This document shows, piece after piece, positions 19,888 to 29,414 of a stretch of DNA of 35,983 bases. The notes under the pieces are model-generated. The model was not told the origin of the DNA. It did no database searches and was given only the letters and a program-made list of their open reading frames with translations. The stretch's first letter is position 1. Every line of letters starts with the position of its first letter. The position numbers and the translations under genes are program-made. The stretch lies in the NCBI GenBank assembly GCA_963823035.1, contig CAWGKG010000009.1:1-35983 (forward strand), written 5' to 3'. This stretch comes from an uncultured Gemmatimonadales bacterium (GTDB lineage Bacteria > Gemmatimonadota > Gemmatimonadetes > Longimicrobiales > Gaopeijiaceae).

Positions 19888-22531
19888 GGGAGCCTCCGCG
19901 CTTCCTGCGGCTTCTCCTGCGCCTGTACCCGGCGGCGCATCGCCGGGCCTACGGGGCGGAGATGTGGGAGGTGGTCCGGCACCGCTACGCCACCGCGCCC
20001 GAGCGTCGCCTGGGGCGTTGGCTCCTGCACGCGGAGGTCGCGATCGACCTCGTGGGCGCGGCGCTCGGCATGTGGACGACGATGATGACGACGACGATGA
20101 CGAGGAAGGGGATCATGGGACCGTCCGGCGGATGGGGAATCGACCTGCGCTTCGTGCTGCGCACGCTGCGCCGCAGCCCGGGCTACGCGCTCACTGCCGT
20201 GGTCGTGCTGGCGGGAGCCGTCGCCGTGAACGCCTCGGTGTTCGGCTACGTGCGCGGCACGCTGCTGGCGAAGCCGACCTACCCGGACGCCGACCGGGTG
20301 GTGGTGATCTGGGGGAGCAACACGGTCGACGGGCAGCTCCGCGACGTGATCTCCGGGCCGACCTACCTCGACATGGCGCGCGAGACCACTTCGCTCGAGG
20401 CGATGGCCGCCATCCACATGGACCTGACCGCGCTCACGTCGGGCGAGCACCCCGAGGTGATCGACGAGACGTCCGTCTCCGCCGACTTCTTCCGCGTGGT
20501 GCCCGTGAAGCGCCGCGCTGGGCCGCGTCTTCGACGAGCGCGACCGCGAGTCGGGCGGCCAGGCGAGCGTCCTCGTCTCCTGGTCGTTCTTCCGGGACCG
20601 GCTGGACGCCGACCCGTCGTGGGTCGGACGGTCGATCTCGATCGAGGGGACGCCGCGCACGATCATCGGCGTCCTCCCCGAGGGCTTCGAGTTCGTCGCG
20701 CCGACGCCGCTCTGGCTCCCGCTGCACGACGACGAGCTGGCCGCGGAGAGCCGCGAGCACATCCACTACAACGCCGTGGGCCGCCTGAAGCCGGGCGCCA
20801 CGGCGGCCGACGTGACCCGGGACCTGTCCGGCGGCGATGGCGCGCGTGACCGAGCGCACGGGCACCTTCCGCAACTGGAGCGTGCTGGCCGAGCCGCTGC
20901 ACGAAGCGGCCGTGCTCGCGGTGCGCCCGATCCTGTGGACGGTGTCGGGCGGCCGTGACCCTCGTCCTGCTCATCGCGCTCGTGAACCTGGCGACGCTCT
21001 TCCGCATCCGCACGCTCGGGCGCGCGGACGAGCTGAGCGTGCGCCTGGCCCTGGGCGCGGGCCCGCTGCGCGTCGCCCGCGTGCTCGTGCTCGAGGCGCT
21101 CGGCGCTGGCGGTTGCGGGCACCGCGCTCGGCCTCGCGCTCGCGGGCCCGCTCCTGGCCCGCGTGCGCGACCTCCTGCCGCTGTACGTCCCCATCCCGGA
21201 ATCCGCTTCCCGGGTGCCGGTGCTGCGCGGCGGTGCTCGACCCGGGCGTGGCGGTCGTTACGGCCGCGATGGCCGTGCTGGGCGCGCTCGCGCTCACCGC
21301 GCCGGGGTTGGCCGCGGCCGTGCGGCGCCGCAGGGCGGCCTGGGGCGGCCGCAGCCGGGGCGTTCGTGGCATCCGTTGGCTCGTCGCCGCGGAGCTGGCG
21401 CTGGCCACCGTGCTCCTCGTCGGTGCCGGGCTCACCACACGCAGCGCGGAGAAGCTGCTCGGTACCGACGTGGGCCTGCGCGACGAGGGGCTGCTCACGC
21501 TCTGGTTCGGCGACGCGTGGGGCATGCCGGCCCCGGAGATGGTCTCCTACTACCGGCAGGTGGTGCAGGCGGTGGAGGAGGTGCCCGGTGTGACGTCGGC
21601 GGCGGTCATCGACTACATCCCCTTCGAGGGCGAGGACGACTTCGAGGGCATCGAGTTCCTCGACCGGGAGCTCCAGCCCACCGAGCACGTCCGTGAGGAA
21701 TGGCGGCGCGTCACGGAGGGCGTGTTCGAGACCGCGGGGATGAAGGTGGTGGAGGGGAGGAGCTTCGCCTTCGCCGATTTCGAGGGTACGCCCCGGGCCG
21801 CCGTCGTGAACGAGAGCTTCGCCCGGAAGCACTACCCGGACGGCCACGCGATCGGACGCTTCTTCAACACGGGGAACGACCACTACCAGAACCTGGAGAT
21901 CGTCGGCGTCGTGGCGGACGTGCGCTCCCTCGGCCCGGCCTCGCCCGCGCCGCCGATGCTCTACGTGCCGAACCAGGGGGATCCGCGCGGCACGGTCGGG
22001 ATGTACGTGCGCACCGCGTCGGGCAGCCCCATGGCGGTGGTCGAGGCCGTGCGCGAGGCGATCTGGTCGGTCGATCCCTCGCAGCCGATCGCGAGGATCT
22101 TCGCCATGAGCGACGTCGTCGCGCAGTGGGTCGCGATCCCCCGCGCGGTGCGCACGCTCGTCTCCGGCCTGGCGGCGCTCGCCCTCCTCCTCGCGGGCGT
22201 CGGGGTCTTCGGCGTGGTCGCGTACGCCGTGCGCACGCGCACGGCCGAGATGGGCGTGCGCCTCGCGCTCGGCGCCTCGCCCGACCGACTCACGCGGGAG
22301 ATCATCGCCCATGCCGTCCCCATGGTCGTGCTGGGCGTCGGGGCGGGCCTGGGCGCGGGGTATCTCGCGGCCCGCGGAGCGCGCGCGGTGCTCTTCGGCG
22401 TGGAGCCGCTCGACCCGCTCTCGCTGGGCGTGGCGGTCCTCGCGATGGCCGCCGCCGCGCTGCTCGCGACGTACCTCCCGGCGCGCCGGATCGCACGCAT
22501 CGACCCTACCGCCGCGATCCGATCGGAGTAG
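19884..22531 (+). CDS. ADOP-type duplicated MacB/FtsX ABC permease, several frameshifts
   Basis: N-terminal prefix LLRLYPAAHRRAYGAEM; DLRFVLRTLRRSPG; LLIALVNLATL, ELSVRLALGAG; AAVVNESFAR; RTAEMGVRLALGA; PARRIARIDPTAAIRSE. Confidence 0.9.
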
Positions 22532-22612
22532 GGCCGAGCGCCTGAGCCGCACCCTCTCCCCTTCCGGTATCCCTCCACGAAGGACACAACGGGATGGGGG
22601 GAGGGGACGACC

Positions 22613-23083
22613 ATGAAGGGACTCAAGCTGATGGCGGTGATGGCTCGCGCGGACGAGACCGCGCTGGCCGCCGACGGGCCGCTGGCGGACTACGCGGCGC
22701 AGGGGGCGGAAACGGTGCTCGTCCTGGCGACGATGGGGGAGGACGAGTTGGGCCGCGTACGACGCGCGACGCTCGAAGCCGGCGTGCGCGAGACCTTCCT
22801 CCTCGGGTTCGGCGCCCGCAGCCTGGACGAGGTCGACCCGGGCCTGATCGTACAGCGCCTGGTCGAGCACATCCGGCTCGTGCGCCCCGAGATGGTGGTG
22901 GCCTCCGTGGCGCCGAGGATGTCGGCGGATCCCGACCAGGTCGAGCTCACGGAACTGGTGGAGGCCGCCGTCGCCGCGGCGGGAGACCCGCGCTACGGGG
23001 TGCCGAGCGCGCGACCGGCCCACCGCGTGTGGTTCGTGGACACACCCAGGACGCCCGAGTCGCCGAGGGCGCGGGTGGCGTAG
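22613..23083 (+). CDS. PIG-L/LmbE deacetylase-like protein lacking catalytic histidines
   Basis: Fold-typical segments LMAVMARADE, VLATMGE, LVEHIRLVRPEMVV, DPDQ; strong GGAGG RBS. Confidence 0.7.
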   Translation: MKGLKLMAVMARADETALAADGPLADYAAQGAETVLVLATMGEDELGRVRRATLEAGVRETFLLGFGARSLDEVDPGLIVQRLVEHIRLVRPEMVVASVAPRMSADPDQVELTELVEAAVAAAGDPRYGVPSARPAHRVWFVDTPRTPESPRARVA

Positions 23084-23149
23084 CGAGGCCGCGGGGCTCA
23101 CCCCATCTTGGGCGATCCCGGTCCATGCCCGCGATCTCCAGGAGGGAGC

Positions 23150-24640
23150 ATGTCCACGTCACGAGCCCGCCCCCTCGCGGTCGTCGCCCTCCTCGTCCTC
23201 CCGGGCGCGGCGGTCGCCCAGGTCGCCGCGAACCCGAGGGTGGCCGAGGCCGTCGCGGCGGTCGAGGTGTGGCTCGAGGCCCAGCGCGCCTACGACCAGA
23301 TCCCCTCGGTGAGCGCGGCGATCGTCCACGACCAGGAGCTGGTGTGGAGCGGGGCCTACGGCATGGCCCACCCCGACACGAACGTGCCGGCGACCCCCAC
23401 CACGCTCTACAGCATCTGCTCGATCTCGAAGCTCTTCACGAGCGTCTCGCTCATGCAGCTCCGCGACCAGGGCGTCGTCGACCTGCGCGACCCCGTCGCG
23501 AAGCACCTCCCCTGGTTCACGCTGCACCAGCAGTTCGAGGGATCCGCGCCCGTCTCGGTCGAGGGCATCCTCACGCACTCGGCGGGGCTGCCGCGTGAGT
23601 CGGACCAGCCGTACTGGAGCGCCCCGGACTTCCCCTTCCCGACACGCGAAGAGATCATCGCGGGGTTGAAGAACCAGGAGACGCTCTACCCGGCGTGGAA
23701 GCACTTCCAGTATTCGAACCTCGGGCTGACGCTCGCGGGGGAGATCGTGCGCGAGCGCTCCGGGATGCCCTACGATCGGTACGTGCGCCAGCACGTGCTC
23801 ACCCCGCTCGGACTCACGAACACGTACCCGGAGATCCCCGAGCAGCATCGGGGCGGCCAGTTGGCGCAGGGCTATTCCTCGCTCACGCGCGACGGCACGC
23901 GCGAGCCCACCCCCTTCTTCCAGGCGAAGGGGATCGCGCCCGCGGCGGGCTTCGCCTCGACCGCCGAGGACCTCGCGAAGTTCCTTCGGTGGCAACTCCG
24001 CCTGCTCGAGGGCGGCGGCGAGGAGGTCCTGAAGGCCACCACGCTGGAGGAGATGCAGCGGGTCCACTACGTCGACCCCGCGTGGAACACCTTCTGGGGC
24101 CTCGGCTTCAGCGTGGCGAGGCGCAACGACAAGACGTTCGTCGGGCACGGAGGGAGCTGTCCCGGATACCGCACGCAGATCGCCATCCAACGGGAAGACG
24201 GCATCGGCCTCGTGTTCCTGGCCAACGCGATGGTGAACACGGGGACGTACCTCTACGGGATGTACGACCTGGTGGCGGAGGCGATCCGCGGGGCCTCGAA
24301 GGGCGATTCGGCGAAGGCGACTGCCGACGCCGTGCCTTCGGCGGGCACCGGGTCGGCTCCCGACCTGGAGCCCTACCTGGGCACGTACTCGGAGCAGCCG
24401 TGGGGTGGGGAGTCCGCCGCGATCCGCTGGAAGGGCGGGCTGGCCCTGATGAGCCTCCCCACGACCAGTCCCGCCCGTGCGATCATGCGCCTGAAGCACG
24501 TCGAGGGGGACGTCTTCCTCCACGTCTTCGACGACCGCGCCGCCGACGACCCCGGGGAGGAGATCGTCTTCGAGCGTGACGAGGCGGGGCGCGTGAGCGG
24601 CTACCGTCAGTTCGGCAACCTGTCGCGGCGCATCCGGTGA
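23150..24640 (+). CDS. Secreted serine hydrolase, beta-lactamase/PBP-like
   Basis: Signal peptide ending AVAQ; YSICSISKLF (SxxK), LTHSAGL, FQYSNLG (YxN), VGHGGS; GGAGGGAG RBS. Confidence 0.92.
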   Translation: MSTSRARPLAVVALLVLPGAAVAQVAANPRVAEAVAAVEVWLEAQRAYDQIPSVSAAIVHDQELVWSGAYGMAHPDTNVPATPTTLYSICSISKLFTSVSLMQLRDQGVVDLRDPVAKHLPWFTLHQQFEGSAPVSVEGILTHSAGLPRESDQPYWSAPDFPFPTREEIIAGLKNQETLYPAWKHFQYSNLGLTLAGEIVRERSGMPYDRYVRQHVLTPLGLTNTYPEIPEQHRGGQLAQGYSSLTRDGTREPTPFFQAKGIAPAAGFASTAEDLAKFLRWQLRLLEGGGEEVLKATTLEEMQRVHYVDPAWNTFWGLGFSVARRNDKTFVGHGGSCPGYRTQIAIQREDGIGLVFLANAMVNTGTYLYGMYDLVAEAIRGASKGDSAKATADAVPSAGTGSAPDLEPYLGTYSEQPWGGESAAIRWKGGLALMSLPTTSPARAIMRLKHVEGDVFLHVFDDRAADDPGEEIVFERDEAGRVSGYRQFGNLSRRIR

Positions 24641-24650
24641 GGACGCTCCC

Positions 24651-25436
24651 ATGAAGGAGGCCCTCACCTACGCGTCCTACCTGAAGCTCGACGAGCTGCT
24701 CGGGCTGCAGTCGAGGCGGAGCGAGGGTGAGCACGATGAGATGCTCTTCATCGTCATCCACCAGGTGTACGAGCTCTGGTTCAAGGAGATCCTGCACGAG
24801 GTCGACTACTGCAAGCGCCTCTTCTCCGACGACGACGCGCACCGGGCGCAGCATACGCTCAAGCGCATCCTCACGATCCTGAAGGTGCTGGTCGCGCAGC
24901 TCGACATCCTCGAGACGATGACGCCGGCGGAGTTCCTCACCTTCCGCGAGCGGCTGGAGAGCGCGAGCGGCTTCCAGTCGGACCAGTTCCGCGCGCTCGA
25001 GTTCATGCTCGGCAAGAAGCTGCGCGCCTCCCTGGAGCGCTTTCCCGAGGGGACGCGCGCGCGCGCCGAGCTGGAACGTCGCTGGCACGAGCCGACCCTG
25101 TGGGACGCCTTCCTCCGCTACCTCGCGCGCGAGGGCCATCCGGTGCCGGCCGCGCAGCTCGAGCGGGACGTGACGGCGCCGATCGAGGCTTCCACGGAGG
25201 TGCAGGCGATCCTCGTGGACATCTACCGCACCAACCCCGGGAGCTCCGAGCTGTGCGAGCGCCTGGTCGACCTGGACGAGGGCATCATGGAGTGGCGCTA
25301 TCGGCACGTGAAGATGGTCGAGCGCACCATCGGAGCGAAGCGGGGTACCGGAGGCTCCGCGGGATCGAAGTACCTGCACACGACGCTCGACCAGCCCGCC
25401 TTTCCCGATCTCTGGGAGATCCGGACCCAGCTCTGA
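24651..25436 (+). CDS. kynA: Tryptophan 2,3-dioxygenase
   Basis: YASYLKLDELL, HDEMLFIVIHQVYELWFK, ASGFQSDQFR, WRYRHVKMVERTIGAKRGTGGS, FPDLWEIR. Confidence 0.97.
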   Translation: MKEALTYASYLKLDELLGLQSRRSEGEHDEMLFIVIHQVYELWFKEILHEVDYCKRLFSDDDAHRAQHTLKRILTILKVLVAQLDILETMTPAEFLTFRERLESASGFQSDQFRALEFMLGKKLRASLERFPEGTRARAELERRWHEPTLWDAFLRYLAREGHPVPAAQLERDVTAPIEASTEVQAILVDIYRTNPGSSELCERLVDLDEGIMEWRYRHVKMVERTIGAKRGTGGSAGSKYLHTTLDQPAFPDLWEIRTQL

Positions 25437-25486
25437 CCGCCGCGTGTCCATGCCCTCTCCAAGCGCCCGATCGTCTGGTTCCCCAG

Positions 25487-26665
25487 ATGCTGTACGGCCC
25501 CGGGAACGCCCTGGCGCCGCACTACGCCCGCTTCCGCGTGTCGGAGCGGGCCCTCCTGACCGGCCACTCCCACCAAGCCTGGCCGGACGTGGGCTTCGAG
25601 GCGCAGCAGCAGGCGTGGCTCGCCGCCGCCGAGCTGGTCGACGACAAGTGGGGCGCCGCCCTCGAGAAGCAGGAGCGCGTGGGTCGGGGCTTCGCGGCGT
25701 GGCTCGGTGACACGGACGGCTCGATCGCGCTCGCCACGAACACCCACGCGCTCGTGGTGCGCTTCCTGTCCGCGCTTCCCCTGAGGGAGCGGCCGCGCCT
25801 GGTCACGACGGACGCGGAGTTCCACTCGATCCGCCGCCAGCTCGACCGCCTGGCGGAAGAGGGCGTGGTCGAGGTGATCAAGGTGCCGGGCTACCCCGCC
25901 TGGGGCGTGGCCGAGCGTCTGGCGCGTGCGGTCGACGGACGCACCGCGGCCGTCCTCGCGTCCGCCGTCTTCTTCGAGCGCGGCCACTGCGTGCCGGGCC
26001 TCTCCCATGTGGCCCAGGCGTGCGCACGGCACGGCGCCGAGCTGCTGGTGGACGCCTACCACGCGCTCGGCGCCATCCCCTTCCGCCTCGCGGACCACGG
26101 CCTCGAGGGCGCCTTCGTGGTCGGTGGCGGCTACAAGTACCTGCAGCTCGGCGAGGGGAACTGCTTCCTGCGCACGCCTCCGGACTGCCGGATGCGCCCG
26201 GTGGTGACCGGTTGGTACAGCGAGTTCGCCGACCGCGCCGAGATGGGGGGCGACGAGGCGGTGGCGTACGGAAAGGGCGGAGCACGCTTCGCCGGCGCCA
26301 CCTACGACCCCACGTCCCACTACCGCGCCGCCGCCGTGATGGACTTCTTCGTGGAGCAAGGGCTCGGGCCCGGCTTCCTGCGCGAGGTCTCCGAGCATCA
26401 GGTCAGGCTGCTGGCGGACGTCTTCCGCTCGCTGGATCTCCTCCCTTCCGTGGTCGCGCTCGACGACACCGTGCGCATGGAGGACCGGGGCGGCTTCCTC
26501 GCGCTCAAGGCGCCGCGGGCCGGTCGGCTCTCGGCCGCGCTCCGCGAGCGCGGCGTCTACACGGACGCGCGCGGCGCCTACCTCCGCTTCGGCCCGGCGC
26601 CCTACCTCACCGACCAGCAGCTCGTCGGCGCGATGGACGCGCTCGACGAGGTCGTCCGGGGCTGA
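25487..26665 (+). CDS. kynU: Kynureninase (PLP-dependent, class V fold); the start may be ATG 25450 with an indel
   Basis: Directly follows kynA; TDAEFHS, VDAYHALG, GGGYKYLQLGEG (PLP lysine), PVVTGW, TDARGAYLRFGPAPY. Confidence 0.85.
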   Translation: MLYGPGNALAPHYARFRVSERALLTGHSHQAWPDVGFEAQQQAWLAAAELVDDKWGAALEKQERVGRGFAAWLGDTDGSIALATNTHALVVRFLSALPLRERPRLVTTDAEFHSIRRQLDRLAEEGVVEVIKVPGYPAWGVAERLARAVDGRTAAVLASAVFFERGHCVPGLSHVAQACARHGAELLVDAYHALGAIPFRLADHGLEGAFVVGGGYKYLQLGEGNCFLRTPPDCRMRPVVTGWYSEFADRAEMGGDEAVAYGKGGARFAGATYDPTSHYRAAAVMDFFVEQGLGPGFLREVSEHQVRLLADVFRSLDLLPSVVALDDTVRMEDRGGFLALKAPRAGRLSAALRERGVYTDARGAYLRFGPAPYLTDQQLVGAMDALDEVVRG

Positions 26666-26695
26666 CGCTCTCCGGCCGGTCGCCTGCGGGCGCGC

Positions 26696-27947
26696 TCAAC
26701 GGGTCTCGACCGCCTCTGCGTCCAACGCCTCGATGCGCCGCTCCAGGTAGGTGCGCACCGGTCCGCTCCGGCACGCCAGCAGCGCCCGCCGCACCTCGAC
26801 GGCCGCTTCCGCCGGTCGACCGGCCAGCGCGAGCAGGTGGCCGCGCGCGGCGGGGAGGAGGTACGAGCCGGAGCAGCTCCGCGCGGTCGATCCCGTCCAG
26901 GGCGGCCAGCCCCGCCTCCGGTCCGCGCGCCATCGCCAGCGCGACCGCGCGGTTGAGCGCGACCACGGGGGAGGGGGCGAGCTCCGCGAGCAGATCGTAG
27001 AGGTCGAGGATGCGCACCCAGTCGGTAGCCTCCCACGACGGGGCGGCCGCGTGTCCCGACGCGATGCCCGCCTCCAGGTGCCAGCGTGTCAGGCGGGTCG
27101 CGGAGGTCGCGCGCTCCAGCCGGCGGAATCCCTCCACGATGGCGGCGTGGTCCCACCGCGTCCGGTCCTGGTCCTGCAGGAGGACCAGCGCGCCGTCCAC
27201 GCCCGTGCGCGCGTCCAGCCGGCTCGCCTGGAAGAGCAGGAGCGCGAGGAAGGCGTCGACCTCGGGGCCCCCCAGCTCGGGGTGGTCCGCGAGGAGCCGC
27301 GCGAGCCGGATGGCCTCTCCGCACAGCTCGGCCCGCACCAGCGCGTCGCCCTCCGTGGCCGCGTAGCCCTCGTTGAACAGGAGGTAGAGCACGGCCAGCA
27401 CGCTCTCGCGACGGTCGGCCGGCAGCCCGTCCACCGGTAGCTCGAGGGCGAGCCCGCGCCGGGCGATCGTACGCTTGGCGCGTACGATGCGCTGCTGTAC
27501 CGTCGCACGGGTCGTCAGGAAGGCCGCCGCGATCTCGTCGGTGGACAGCCCGCCCACGGTGCGCAGCGTCAGCGCGACGCGCGCGTCGAACGCCAGCGCG
27601 GGGTGGCAGCACATGAAGACCATCGCCAGCTCGTCGTCCCCCGCCTCCCTCCCACCCCCGGTCGGCGGCGCGAGCGCCGCCAGGCGCTCCGGCGCGGTGC
27701 TCTCCTCGACGCGGCCGCGTCGGCGCAGGACGTCCAGCGCGCGGTTGCGCGCGACCCGGTACAGCCACGCCTCGGGGTCGCGCGGAACGCCCCGGTACGG
27801 CCACAGCTGGAGGGCCCGCACCAGGGCGTCCTGCACGACCTCCTCGGCCAGGTCGAGCTCGTGGCTGCCGAGCGCCCGGGTCAGCGACGACACCAGGCGT
27901 CCGGCCGAGCGCCGGAAGAGATGCTCGACCAGGGGCCCGACCGTCAC
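26696..27947 (-). CDS. ECF sigma factor with DUF6596/TPR C-terminal extension (ECF42-type), frameshift near 26865
   Basis: AEEVVQDALVRALQLWP, AWLYRVARNRALD, FMCCHPAL, LYLLFNEGY, LLQDQDRTRWD, PVVALNRAVA. The third frame gives YLLPAARGHLL...VETR* ending at 26696. Confidence 0.92.
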
Positions 27948-28303
27948 AGGTCGTCGAGGTTCTCGATCTCGCGGATCTCGAGCGTGCCGTTGGCGAGGTG
28001 CGGGTGGGTCGAGATCGTGTCGACGGCGTCCTCGAAGTCGTCGGCCTGGATGATCCAGAAGCCCCCGACCACCTCCTTCCCCTCGGCGAAGGGGCCGTCG
28101 GTCACGCTCATGCCGCCGGCGGCGGCGGCGCGCACCACCCGGCCGGCGTCGTCGCGCAGCTTGTGCGAGAGCACCAGCCGTCCCCGGGCGGCGAGCTGCG
28201 TTCCCCAGGCGTGGTAGCGCTGGACGAGCTGCTGCATCTCTTCGGGGCTCAGGTCGTCGAACTGACCAGGGGTGTCTCGAACCAGGACGATGAACCGGGA
28301 CAT
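27944..28303 (-). CDS. YciI/DGPF family protein
   Basis: VTDGPFAEGKEVVGGFWII, LEIREI; GGAGGAG RBS; stop overlaps the sigma factor start. Confidence 0.95.
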   Translation of the reverse strand: MSRFIVLVRDTPGQFDDLSPEEMQQLVQRYHAWGTQLAARGRLVLSHKLRDDAGRVVRAAAAGGMSVTDGPFAEGKEVVGGFWIIQADDFEDAVDTISTHPHLANGTLEIREIENLDDL

Positions 28304-28352
28304 GATGCTCCTCCTCCTTCGGGGTTACCGGAACGTGCGGCGTCCGCCGCGC

Positions 28353-28814
28353 TCACCCCTGGGGACGATCGGCCGGAGGCTCGATCGACACCGCGTCGCC
28401 CACGTGCACCTCGCCGTCGTCGAGGACCGTGCCGAACGCGCCCCCGCCCCAACCCTCGCCCAGCGCCGCACGCAGCCCCTCGCACTGCTCGTCCATCCGG
28501 TGGCACGGACGGGTCTCGCCGTTCAGGAGGATGCGCACGTCGCCGACCGTGAGCGTATGGCCGCGCGACGCCTCCAGGCGGATGCCGCTGACCATGAGGT
28601 TCGCGCGCCGCATGATCGGACGCGCGTCCGGCAGCACCCCGCGGATGCGGTCGAACACCTCGCGCTCGATGACCGTGACCTGCCGCGTCCCGCCCTGGTC
28701 GGCGTTGCCGACGATGCCCCGATCGGTCACGAGCGTCGCCGTGTCCGCCGGGTCCATCGGGCCCTTCGCCATCCGCTTGACCCAGATCGCCTCCAGCCGC
28801 CCCGCTCCACGCAT
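28353..28814 (-). CDS. MOSC domain protein
   Basis: GIVGNAD, RQVTVI, RRANLMVSGI, ETRPCHRMD, GTVLDDGEVHVGD. Confidence 0.92.
   Translation of the reverse strand: MRGAGRLEAIWVKRMAKGPMDPADTATLVTDRGIVGNADQGGTRQVTVIEREVFDRIRGVLPDARPIMRRANLMVSGIRLEASRGHTLTVGDVRILLNGETRPCHRMDEQCEGLRAALGEGWGGGAFGTVLDDGEVHVGDAVSIEPPADRPQG
28364..28390 (-). promoter_or_regulatory. ECF42-type promoter TGTCGA-N17-CGTC
   Basis: Minus strand reads TGTCGA tcgagcctccggccgat CGTC about 60 nt upstream of the DGPF gene; matches the recalled ECF42 consensus (-35 TGTCGA, -10 CGWC). Confidence 0.7.
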
Positions 28815-28886
28815 CGCGTCCCTCGCTTCCCGGAAAATCCTTTGCGCATCCACCCTTGTTCGCCCAAGGATAGGCGCGAGGCGCCC

Positions 28887-29288
28887 ATGTGTGCTATCCT
28901 GCGCGCGATACGCCGTCCCCACGGAGCGGGAGGTCTTCTGGCCCTGCGGCTGCACGTCGAGCTCGTCTACGATCCCGGCTGTCCCAACGTGGACAGGGCG
29001 CGGTCCATGTTGACCCGTGCCCTCCAGGAGGTCGGTGCCCCCGCGGTGTGGACCGAGTGGAGCTCGGGCGACCCCACCTGCCCCGAGATCCACCGGGGCT
29101 ACGGCTCGCCCACCGTGCTCGTGAACGGGAAGGACGTGGCGCCCGGCCCGCACCCGTGGGCCCGCCGGGAGGAGGCGGGGGGCCCGCGCTGTCGCGTGTA
29201 CCGCGACGGGACGCGCGTGGTCGGCGCGCCGCCGCTCGGGCACATCGTCTCCGCCCTGCTCGCCGTGCTGGGCCCGGAGGTGGGCTGA
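28887..29288 (+). CDS. Small thioredoxin-like protein; start uncertain, possibly near 28938
   Basis: VELVYDPGCPN, GYGSPTVLVNGKD, CRVY. Confidence 0.75.
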   Translation: MCAILRAIRRPHGAGGLLALRLHVELVYDPGCPNVDRARSMLTRALQEVGAPAVWTEWSSGDPTCPEIHRGYGSPTVLVNGKDVAPGPHPWARREEAGGPRCRVYRDGTRVVGAPPLGHIVSALLAVLGPEVG

Positions 29289-29306
29289 GCACCCGGCCAC
29301 CGGCCG

Positions 29307-29348
29307 GTCAGAAACGTCCAATCGCGCCGCCGAGGGCAGCGCTAACCT
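29307..29348 (+). promoter_or_regulatory. Candidate AraC-activated promoter: GTCAGAAACGTCCAATC followed by -10 TAACCT
   Basis: AT-richer motif at 29307-29323 over the -35 position; TAACCT at 29343-29348; upstream of a three-gene run that ends in an AraC gene. Confidence 0.45.
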
Positions 29349-29414
29349 CGATGCCGGAGCGTACGGAGCGCACCGACGCGCTTCCGGGCCACCACGCCAC
29401 CAGGAGGAGACCCC

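Noticed and set aside
20075..20103. GAC/GAT trinucleotide run as a contingency locus or repeat array
   Set aside because: It is short, imperfect and triplet-based, so it would not shift the frame; treated only as a linker in the ADOP finding.
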